From Selaginella moellendorffii (Eukaryota > Plantae > Lycopodiophyta): a stretch of 64,000 bases of DNA. Positions 53,147 through 64,000 of the stretch are shown here, piece by piece. A program made the translations under genes and the position numbers. Numbering within the stretch: position 1 is the first letter of the stretch; every line of letters starts with the position of its first letter. A model generated the notes under the pieces. It was not told the origin of the DNA. It was given only the letters and a program-made list of their open reading frames with translations, and searched no databases. The stretch is from assembly GCF_000143415.4 (NCBI RefSeq), contig NW_003314340.1, forward strand, positions 614,161 to 678,160, in the 5' to 3' direction.

Positions 53147-54989
53147 CACTACTTAGTGACATTTAAAGCATGTACCTATTATTTAGAATCTATGCCTTAG
53201 CAAGCGTTAGCAACATCCTACTGATGTCTCAAACCCAAGAAACCAATCCAGGGCAAACCACAAAGAACATGTGGTATTGAGAAAAGCCATAATCTATCAA
53301 AGAGAACAACTAACCATCATGAAAGATCATTAATCATCCCATCAATAGAGAAATGCATAATCATCGTCAAAGTAGGAATCCACCATCCCAAAGAACAGCG
53401 AATCATTTTATATCAACAACAATCAAGTAAAACCTTTTGAAAAGGATAATCAACTATCTTAGATAATAGTCAATCATCACCAATGATTGCTAGATGCAAA
53501 CATTAACTTCAACATCGAAGCTAAAAGCCAAAATGCCTTCTCCAGCAACTTTTAACAAATGGAACAATGAGCACAAAAACTCAAGGAACCAAGAGCTTGA
53601 AGAAGCCTTTAGCTAAGTCTTGCCTAACAATGATCACAAGTTCCATATAAACTAACTTCAATGCTAAAGAGAAATCATGGTACAACCCACAATATCCCCC
53701 TCAACACATCCATAAGCTAAACTTTATAATGCCAAAGTTAATGAAGAGCATGTCTGCATCAATCCAAAAGCTAAACATAACGAAGCTATGCTCAACAAGT
53801 GATCACTAAACGATCCTCCATGAATTCATCTATAGAAAACGTAACTCACTTCATAATAGCACAAGAAGAATCATCAATGATCAACATATTCCAATTCAAA
53901 TCCAAGAAGGACTCAAATATTCTAATATCAATCACTAACTCTTCCTCTCGTAAAGTTAGTATAGTCCACGACTAAATCACTTTTCAAGGAAAAGTGTAAG
54001 CGACTAATTTTTCTATTCTACTTTAGTCACTTAACCACACCTTTGATCGCTTGGAGGAGTCTCACTCACAACCTCCATAAGTCCTATTTCAGACTTGGGC
54101 TTGCTAGCCCCGAGAATGGCATCCCCGCCACTCAACCTTTGCACTTGGTCCAAGTGCTCCACGTGTTCGATCCCATGACCGACACCACAAGGTACCACCG
54201 ACATATCAGCCCGTTACGCTAAGGCCATGCCCATTCACCTTGGTCACACCGGTGGTCCAACACCACCTCCATCACAGTCTCATCTCTCAAAGACTGGGCC
54301 ATCTGTTCATGAGTGATCATCCCAAATCCACTCCTTAGCATCCTTAGGATGCCTATAGACATGGGGAATAGCCTTCCCCAATATCTCTTTTCCGATCCCC
54401 ACCAAGTCCCTTTCTACTCATGGCTGTGTTCACCAACACTACCACTGGGTCGAGGCTCATAGGCCCAACCACCAAGTCCCATGGTCCTCTGGGACTTCCT
54501 TAACACCCAACTGTATCCTTGGTCACTACACCAGAGGACTACTCCACTTCCTTTCCATAGTCTAGGCCTTTGGGACAACATTTCGGAACACCGTGGCCTT
54601 ACGCAAGCCTTGTGGGTACTCTTCCCGCTTTCCGCCTTTAGGTGCTCTAGCCATAGGCTTAGAGCGAGGTTCCGTTGAGCCACGCTTGGTATCTAAGTAA
54701 GTAGTGCCACCCACACTTGGATTGAGAGCATCGGCCAAACGATCTCCCAGGGGAACTAGAGCCGGCTCTTGAACACTTCACCAAGCTGCCCCGCTTGTCA
54801 GTCTGTGTTCACTCTAGTCTTGGACTTCCCAGTGGGCAGCTCATCACCCAACACTAGGTACAGCCTTCCTGGGCCAAACTAGCCTTTCCTGGCCAAACTG
54901 GCTCCACTGCAATCCTCCCCCTTACTATACTTTTGGAGCTCACCAAACCCCCTAGGGTCTAGGAGACTAACGCTTTGGGCTTTCACCCT

Positions 54990-55440
54990 CTCAGACTCGA
55001 ATTCGGACTCGGACTTGGACTCAGATTCGGATTCGGACTCGGACTCGGACTCGGACTCGGGCTTGGTCTCGGCCTTGGCCTCGGTCTCGGTCCCAGTCTC
55101 GGTCTCGGTCTCGGTCCCGGTCTCAGTCTCGGTCCCGGTCTCGGTCTCAGTCTCGGTCCCAGTCTTGGTCCCGGTCTTGGTCTCGGTCTCGGTCTTGGTC
55201 TCGGTCTCGGTCCTGGTCTCGACTTCAGACTCCATCTCGGGTCCATCTTGGACTCCACCTCGGGTCCATCTCGGACTCCATCTCGGTCCATCTCAGACTC
55301 CATCTCATGTCCATCTTGGACTCCATCTCGGTCCATCTCGGACTCCATCTCGGGTCCATCTCGGACTCCATCTCGGACTCCATCTCAGACTCCGTCTCGG
55401 ACTCCATTTCGGACTTTGTCTCGGGTCCATCTTGGACACT
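54990..55440. repeat. Tandem hexamer/12-mer array in 3' LTR
   Basis: GACTCG, GTCTCG and GACTCCATCTCG repeats. Confidence 0.93.
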
Positions 55441-58400
55441 TCCATGTGTTATGTGTTGGTCCTTTTTGGGTCCCTTTTTGGAGCCTTGCTCATTAGTTGC
55501 CTCATGCTCGCTCCTCGAGCACTTTGTTGGGAGTTCCACTCCCGCTCTCGACCTTCCAAGTCAGAGCTTTTTGGTCCAAACGTGTTACACTCGTTTGGCT
55601 TTCGCTTCGGCCACTACCACGTGGCACCCTTTCTGGCTGCACTTTAGGGCCTAGGGATTTTGTGTTTCACAACTCCACCACCTATAGACGAAGTTCGATG
55701 TCCTCATCGAACAATAAACTATTTTATAAAGTAATACCAACTTGTATTGCCATTTCCATCCTTGGCCCCTCGCCAATATTCATCAATGGTTTGATATTGA
55801 AGGCTCGCCATGCCTTGCCCATCCTCTAAGGAGGATAGTCTCTCCAACTTAGACACCGATTGGACCACTTGTAGTGGTTCTCTCTTTTTATTGGTTTAGT
55901 TCTTGCTAAACTTATTAGAGACACTGTTTATATCTCAATCCCGCTACTTTTCGGGTAGTCTCAGTTTCCATCGACATAACCTTTGCACTTTGGAACATTT
56001 ACTTTTGACTTCTTGAAGTCAATTTTCTACGTGTCTCCGACACCTTGCATTGCACATATTGTGCAAGTCCACTTCCCTATCCTAGGAAGTTCTCTACTTG
56101 AGGGCACCATCATCCTCTTTTCTATTTTGTGCCACCCTTGGCACTACGTTCCAATTATCATCATTTGTGCTAGGGCTGTCCACGGCCCTATCCTTTGGCT
56201 ACTTTGCCACTCCTCACTTGGAGTTTTTACTTGCCAAATTGGAACACTTGGGAATCTATCCTTGGAAGTCCACTTCCTTTCCCGCAATCTGTTAGTATCA
56301 AACACATTAGTGTTCCTTGGCTAACCTTGCCATTTGGATTCCTCCCATTAAATTCCATGGCCCAAACTTGGCCACTAGTCTTTTGCTCCTATCCATTGAT
56401 TGTTGCATCAAGCAACACAGGATCACTACCTCCTTCCTTGAAGTATTCTTTTGGTTCCATGGCAAAGCTCCACTTCGCCAAGTCCAAAGGGTACTCACCC
56501 CTAGTAGGTCTCTTTAGCAATTTTTGCTATGGGCCCCTTCCACAGCCCAACATTGTGACCCTCTCATGAGTCTTTCCCCAAGACAACTTTCTTGGACTTA
56601 CTATACCATCGTATTGACACAACTGATTTCCCTTTAGGTGTCCTTCCCATTTGGTCACCTCGACCAAGCCACACCATTATCAATAATTCAAATCAACACT
56701 TTGAACTGGGAATCATATTCCTTAACCCAAACAAAGACCTTGTCTTTGTTTAGCCACAAAATCACCTGGTGATCTTAACTTAACCCCTTAGCAGGTCTAC
56801 CAATAGGAATTATGTCTTCCAGACCCTTCTAAGTTGTTGACTATCACCCCGGGGGCATCCCCCACACTTAGTGGTGCGCCCAAGCTAGCCCTTTCGGCCA
56901 AGGATCCATAGCAACTGAAACTAGGTGTCCCCATCTTATTCACCACGTCCTTGGTGCCCTTTGCACCAAAGTATTCAAGTTAAATATGCCAAACTTTCAC
57001 TCTAAGTAATTTAACCGTGCATCACGACTCCGGGGCATCCCCCGCTTGGTGGTGTGCCCAAGCCAATCTCCTCATTGAGAGTCAATGACCACCAAAATAT
57101 GAGTGTCCTCATATTCCAAACCATCACCACGCCCTAGTGATTTGGGACTTGAACCCAAGCACTAGAGGGTCGGGACTCAAACCCAACCTCCGTATATGTA
57201 TCTACGGATGGCATCACCTAGGATGCCTGGCGTGACTCTCCACGCTGGTGCACCAACTTTTACTCAAAGCACACTACAGACCACAGCTTAAGAACCTAGT
57301 TCCTCCACACTGCCAAGTCCTCTCATTTGACACGTTTGTGATCATGCATGGACTCCTCCATACTTGGTCCCATGGCCCACCCTTCTTGAAGTTATCACCT
57401 TCAACTAGGGTATGTGTTCGCCCAACTTGCCAGTCTCGCTTGGCATGTCCCCTGACCACTGTAACATGGTTCCTACATAAGCGTGAAAGTCCTTGACCAT
57501 TGACTTTTGTTTAAAGCCCTCTCTTTGAACACTCGGGAACTACTTCCCTAACCTTGATAGCCTTGCCTCATGGCAAGCTTCAAGACCACGCTTCTGTTGC
57601 GCCACTCTAGTTTCGCGCATTCCATGAACCATTTACACTTGGCATTTCTAGGTACTAAGCTACTTAGAATCGTCTTTGGGAACTTTGAAAGGATTCTATC
57701 CTTTAGTTTGCTAAGGCCTCCCTTTTCGCAAGCTTTATAGTTGCCATATAGTTTAATATGGACAATTTCATATTTTAGACTCTCCATGGCATCACGGTTG
57801 CTAGCAACAACACCCTCGAGCTCCCACTTGATTCTCCACTCCCAACTAGCATAACCACCTTTAGTTATGCCCTTCGATTCCTATGGTTTGGTTCTATCCC
57901 CTTACTACTTACTTTTGGCTTCACACCTTTTCTTCGGTCATTCTCCTCCAAACTAAGAGGATAGTTTTGCCCTTTCTATCATGCCTTAGCAAGTATTCTT
58001 AGGGATGAACCGACTTGATAGCTTACGGAGTGGTTCCTCAATCTAGGTATGCTCACTTTATAATCCCACACACTAGGATTAATGTTGTTGCTTATGGGCC
58101 ATTACATGCCCATCACTAGCCTTGCCAAAATTCTATTTTTGGCTTTGTCCAATTCGGGTAGACAGTCTTCTCTCGTCTTCGCAATCTTCGACATTTGGAT
58201 AGCACCTTCTATCCTTCATTCGCTAAGGACTTAGTCCCTTGGGCCTTATCTATTGCCCTCGTGACATCAAACACCACTTCCTGGTGTCCTAGAGTGTTTG
58301 GGTGTCCCAAATGATGGCCTTTTAAGCAATGAGTATTCTCTTTTACGACATTGACTTACTATATCACAACATAAGCAATTTATTCCCCATAAGGGTATAT

Positions 58401-60724
58401 CTAACTTTTTTATGCCATTAAGAAGTCTTGGGTAGTTACCTTCTACCAGTTTAACAAATTATCTTGCACATTTTGCTTAGTTGCCTCATAGTTGTCAAGT
58501 CCTACAACTCATTGTTGGTGCTTCCACACCTCCATCATTATTTTGGTCACCACACTCTACCACATGCCTTTCAACTTAGGATATGCCATTCCCATTTTTG
58601 TTGGGATTCCCTTAGCAAGGGATTCTTATGAACCCACCAACATAACCTCAAGGTATCACACCTTGGCATATTTGGTGTCTCCACACCATTGGCCCCATGA
58701 GCCTATCCTTATGACACTACTTATTAGTGTCTAGGTCTTTGCCAAGACCAATATAGTTGTTCCTCATGCTAACTATCCGTTAACACCGCACCATAATGTT
58801 TGCACCCAACTTTGGGCCAAAGTTGTTTTCTTCTGGGAACATCTTTCCCACAACTTTAGTATGGCACATTCTGCCATCAATGAGATACCTACTGTTCTCA
58901 TACTTCAATCTTATGATCCTCCCTATATCTCATGGGCACCATACACTTCAGTCCAAATGCTTCAACTAATCCCTTAGAATTATTCCTTGACTCTTATTTG
59001 AGTCATCCAGCTTTTTGGACTTTATCATCTGACGACCCGTGAGGTCTTACCTTTGAGGTGCTAGCTCGCTGGAATACAACTTCTTGTATTCAAGTCCTAC
59101 TCACAAGGACCATCTTTGCAAGTGTTACTCCGACACTTGATTTGTTCTCTTGGGGCAACCTTTTGCCCTTTAGGACCACTCGTCTATGTGATGAGAATAC
59201 CAACTCATCCTCTGAGTACGCCCCCAACTCCTTGGGTTGTTCCAGCATTTATTAGAGGTAGCCCTGGCTACCATTTCGAGGACTGGTGTCCTCTTCTGTA
59301 TTTGACCTCCCACGGTCAACAATTTCGGTCTCAAATTTATGAGTACCAACCTCAACCATATAAGGGTATTCTTGTGACTCCTTTATTATTTTGGAGTCTG
59401 CATCTTTCCCATGATCCCAACTATAGTTGTTTACCACAACTACATTAGCTCGTTTGCTGCATCAAATGCTCATTTGGATCACATCCTCAGTTCTCTAAGG
59501 AAACCTTTATACTGTTCCCAAGATCCCAAAGTCATTCCCTTATTAGCCCTTTTCCATCCACCATATCGTGCACAAGTTCACACATGAACTTGAGTGGAGA
59601 GCTATGTCCTCTCAACATGCTACTCCTCGAGGATAGGTCCATATCTAGGACCTTCCAATTCCAATACAAGTGGTGATATACTTGGCCACCAATAAGAGTC
59701 AGACTAAGGAATAGCTCCGATACCAAGCTGTAAGCGACTAATTTTTCCATTCTACTTTAGTCACTTAACCACACCTTTGACCGCTTGGAGGAGTCTCACT
59801 CACAACCTCCATAAGTCCTATTTCAGACTTGGGCTTGCTAGCCCCGAGAATGGCATCCCCGCCACTCAACCTTTGCACTTGGTCCAAGTGCTCCACGTGT
59901 CCGATCCCATGATCGACACCACAAGGTACCACCGACATATCAGCCCGTTACGCTAAGGCCATGCCCATTCACCTTGGTCACACCGGTGGTCCGACACCAC
60001 CTCCATCACAGTCCCATCTCTCAAAGACTGGGCCATCTGTTCATGAGTGATCATCCCAAATCCACTCCTTAGCATCCTTAGGATGCCTATAGACATGGGG
60101 AATAGCCTTCCCCAATATCTCTTTTCCGATCCCCACCAAGTCCCTTTCTACTCATGGCTGTGTTCACCAACACTACCACTGGGTCGAGGCCCATAGGCCC
60201 AACCACCAAGTCCCATGGTCCTCTGGGACTTCCTCAACACCCAACTGTATCCTTGGTCACTACACCAAAGGACTACTCCACTTCCTTTCCACAGTCTAGG
60301 CCTTTGGGACAACATTTCGGAACACCGTGGCCTTACGCGAGCCTTGTGGGTACTCTTCCCGCTTTCCGCCTTTAGGTGCTCTAGCCATAGGCTTAGAGCG
60401 AGGTTCCGTTGAGCCACGCTTGGTATCCAAGTAAGTAGTGCCACCCACACTTGGATTGGGAGCATCGGCCAAACGATCTCCCAGGGGAACTAGAGCCGGC
60501 TCTTGAACACTTCACCAAGCTGCCCCGCTTGTCAGTCTATGTTCACTCTAGTCTTGGACTTCCCAGTGGGCAGCTCATCACCTAACACTAGGTACAGCCT
60601 TCCTGGGCCAAACTGGCCTTTCCTGGCCAAACTGGCTCCACTGCAATCCTCCCCCTTACTATACTTTTGGAGCTCACCAAACCCCCTAGGGTCTAGGAGA
60701 CTAACGCTTTGGGCTTTCACCCTC

Positions 60725-61090
60725 TCAGACTCGAATTTGGACTCGGACTTAGACTCAGACTCGGATTCAGACTCGGACTCGGACTCGGGCTTGGTCTTGG
60801 TCTCGGCCTCGGCCTCGGTCTCGGTCTCGGTCCCGGTCTCGGTCTCGGTCTCGGTCTCGACTTCAGACTCCATCTCGGGTCCATCTCAGACTCCACCTCG
60901 GGTCCATCTCGGACTCCATCTCGGTCCATCTCAGACTCCATCTCGTGTCCATCTCGGACTTCATCTCGGTCCATCTCGGACTCCATCTCGAGTCCATCTC
61001 AGACTCCATCTTGGACTCCATCTCAAACTCCGTCTCGGACTCCATTTCGGACTCCATCTTGGGTCCATCTCGGATCCATCTCGGACACTT
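60725..61090. repeat. Tandem hexamer/12-mer array in 5' LTR
   Basis: Same units as 54990-55440, shorter array. Confidence 0.93.
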
Positions 61091-63390
61091 CCATATGTCA
61101 TGTGTTGGTCCTTTTTGGGTCCCTTTTTGGAGCCTTGCTCATTAGTTGCCTCATGCTCGCTCCTCGAGGACTTTGTTGGGAGTTCCACTCCCGCTCTTGA
61201 CCTTCCAAGTCAGAGTTTTTTAGTCCAAACGTGTTATGCTTGTTTGGCTTTCGCTTCGGCCACTACCACGTGGCACCCTTTCCAACTCCACTTTAGGGCC
61301 TAGGGATTTTGTGTCTCACAAAAAGCTAAAGCTCAACCTCAACTAAGAAATCTCGTCGAGAACACAACTAACTCAGCTTGCCACTTAGTTCATTTGAACG
61401 TCAACATAGTTGCCAACTAGCAAATGTGCGAATGCTAATAACACAAAGCTACAACCAAATCATCAACACTATTGCTATCGAGACTAATGAAACTCAATAT
61501 CAATCTTTTGGAGAGATATCTCATTTCACTCAAATCTCAACATCAATATTGTCAACAACAAGGCATCTCTTCAATGCCATCAACACCAAAGCAAAACTAA
61601 AAGAAAGCTCGAGTGAATCACCACTCAAAGCGCTTTAGCAACCTAGCTAGCCAAGGTCGAAGATACCTTAATCAGTATCTGAGACCAACCCTTCAGCCAA
61701 ACTCAGTTACAGCTAACACTTCATCAAGGAGTGATTCACCACGTCCAAGACTCAATGAAATCCAACACTACAGACTAGATGTAACCAAATGATATCAACA
61801 AAGGTAGAGTCGATATGTCAACATGAAAAACTCATGTAAGTCTAACGACACGATCCTCCGCAACACCATCCAATAAAGCAAGCCCATCACTACTAAATCA
61901 TCATCGAGCAAAGCAAATGTCAAACAGTCCTCAACAAAGTCTACAAGCAATCATTAGTTACAAAGCAACTAACAATCACCCCTCAACTTGCTTTCACAAG
62001 ACCCAAACACCAACTCTTGTCACCAAGTTATATACTTGTCCAACATGAATGTGATACCCCAGGTACGAGATAAAAGTTCATAGACAAGCATAAACTAAAT
62101 GACCACTCGAATCCAACTCAACCGCAATAAGCTCACTAATGCATTTAGCCAATAGCTCTGAGCATGCCTTGAAGAGGTTAACTATGCGTAATCAACACTT
62201 AGTCGAAACTAAAGTGAAGACCATGAGATAGACTCATATCGGTACACAACCTCCTTATAGACAAAGCTATAGTATGGGTACCAACATCTCAATCTCAAAC
62301 AACTAAGTTGGATATCACCATCCTCAACCAAGGCGTAGGGCCACCAAGACCAAGTCAAGATCAGCGAGAGCTCACTACTCTCATAGAGTCTAACAAAATG
62401 CAAGATAAAAACTGCCACCAAACACAATGCTATAGAAGAAAGGCACAAGGGTCACCTTTCTTAGAAAAGTGCAATGGCCACTTTTCTACACCAACTCCAG
62501 ACTCTATCCAACTCAATTGTCTTAGCCCCAAAAGTCAACATCCCTTTCGGGCTGCATTATACAAACTATTTACTAAAGTCTAAGTCAACCAAAGTCAACT
62601 CCAACCCCTTCACTAGTTTGTACTGGTTTACGAAAATGGAATGGTTTACGGCAAAGTAATCAATAGATCAGCCATTGGAAAAGCTTAAGAAAATTTGTGG
62701 AAAATTTTCCATCCTAGAGTCTCAGTCCAGGATTGCAAACTTTTAAGACTCAATCTCATGGAACCACCGATAGGCTAACATTAATCCTACCAACTCAAAG
62801 TGTAACCTCGAGTTGCTAATGTGCCTTACTCACGAGCCCAAGCGCAAACTCATATAATACGGTACAAATGGTAACCAAATCCATACCCAAGGAACAATTG
62901 CGAAGTCTTTGCACCCAAATGTGTACCCACTTGGATTATCGTTTTCATCTCTGCGTATGCAACTAAATTAATTGCCCAATCTCATTGAATAGTACTCACT
63001 GAAACTCATGATACCAAATGTAGTGCACGTGGTTTTTACCCTTTATCCTATGGTGATTTACCATAGGATAACACCACGAAGTAGAACCTAAACCCTCTTT
63101 GTGCCATGTGACAGATGCCACGTGTCACATACCACGTGTCCAAAGGACAGTGGTGTGGAACCCGAGGTTCAGAGCCTTGGGACTGAACAAAGGAACGATG
63201 CCAAACTCCCAAGCATGAAGCCAAGGAGTGATGGAACCGAACCATGGAGCAACTCCTGAGCATACAGCCTAAAGAGTGAAGGGACAGGAGCCTAGAGCGA
63301 CTTGGAACAGTTGTGGAGCAACTAGCATCCTAATGCCAGGACCAGCACGCAAAATGGAGCCAAATGGAGTTTGGTGCTATTTCGGCATAC

Positions 63391-64000
63391 TGATGGCCTA
63401 ACGTGAGGACATGGGTACTCCACCAGCTAGCATGGAATGGAACTTGGGCTTAGACCCAAGCCGGACGCAGAACAAGGACAGGCACGCAAGCGGGAGTTAG
63501 ACTATGCCTCAGGTTGGTCAGCCATACCCGACCTACCCACTATCCCTACTACACACTTGGAACCCTCTATAGCCTGCCCCCCCCCCCCCCCCCCCCCCGC
63601 TTGAGGAACACATGCTTTGGGCTTTCACCCCAAGCCTCCCTTAGTATCAGGAGTTAGTCTCTAGGACAAGCTTGAAACTTACTAAATATGGAATGGTGCT
63701 AGAATGTGAATTTGGACACGGGACGAACACCATTGTGTTCAAGCCAATCTTTACATTCCATAGATATGCCAAATGAGCAAATCTAGACACTTTCCATAAT
63801 TAGCATTTAGGACCGAAATGAGACTAACACTAAAAGCATGATAGTGAAGGTGTTTGGCAGACACGGTAAGTTATCTTCCAGCGATATTGAAGGACTAATC
63901 TCAATACGCGAGGGTTTTTTGTCAAGCTAATGCAAAACAGAGCAAAAGAGAACTAAGAGCCAGGCCGAGTATGCTCAACTAGAAACACATAGGAGTTCCT
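63391..64000 (+). mobile_element. Probable 5' end of another LTR retroelement, running off the window
   Basis: Starts TG where the host LTR breaks; poly-C tract ~63577-63598; PBS-like TTAGTATCAGGAG ~63641; first ~150 bp resemble insert at ~35450-35590. Confidence 0.5.

Larger units (their letters stand above)
53995..61320 (-). mobile_element. Full-length LTR retrotransposon with decayed ~4 kb interior
   Basis: LTRs 53995-55671 and 59729-61320; TSD AAAAG; PBS (reverse TGGTATCGGAGC) 59714-59725; PPT (reverse) 55672-55683; only fragmentary coding traces. Confidence 0.92.
53206..63390 (-). mobile_element. Copy 2 of the A-rich non-autonomous LTR retroelement, split by a nested insertion
   Basis: 53206-53994 matches ~6393-7168; 61326-63390 matches ~7170-12440 with an internal deletion; reverse PBS GATACCA then LTR TGTAGTGCAC at ~63019. 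Confidence 0.75.

Overview
Plant nuclear DNA. The compact genes, ~50-70 nt introns and PLS-type PPR pseudogene suggest a lycophyte such as Selaginella; this is inferred, not checked by search. A gene-rich core (20.5-33.5 kb) holds an orphan gene, a GH51 arabinofuranosidase, a kinesin-light-chain-related TPR gene, a MAK/MHK-like kinase with a uORF-rich leader, tRNA-Gly(GCC) and a SYP13-type syntaxin. The core is flanked by nested LTR retrotransposons, including two 5S-rRNA-bearing Cassandra-type TRIMs. A Crinkler-like NTPase+nuclease gene lies at the left edge. The main candidate for an undescribed system is an 11.1 kb DNA transposon (38886-49974; 24-bp perfect TIRs, 4-bp TSD ACCT). It carries a Sola-like DDD transposase and, divergently, a large cargo gene encoding ParB-like, degenerate DNA-methyltransferase-like and FCP1-like HAD phosphatase domains. 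About 16 copies of a 22-bp palindrome (ATGGCRTG-N6-CAYGCCAT) are spread across the element, several forming the body of 38-54 nt introns. This looks like a ParB/parS-style self-recognition or anti-silencing module. Both genes in this copy carry inactivating lesions. All domain calls are by eye from motifs.
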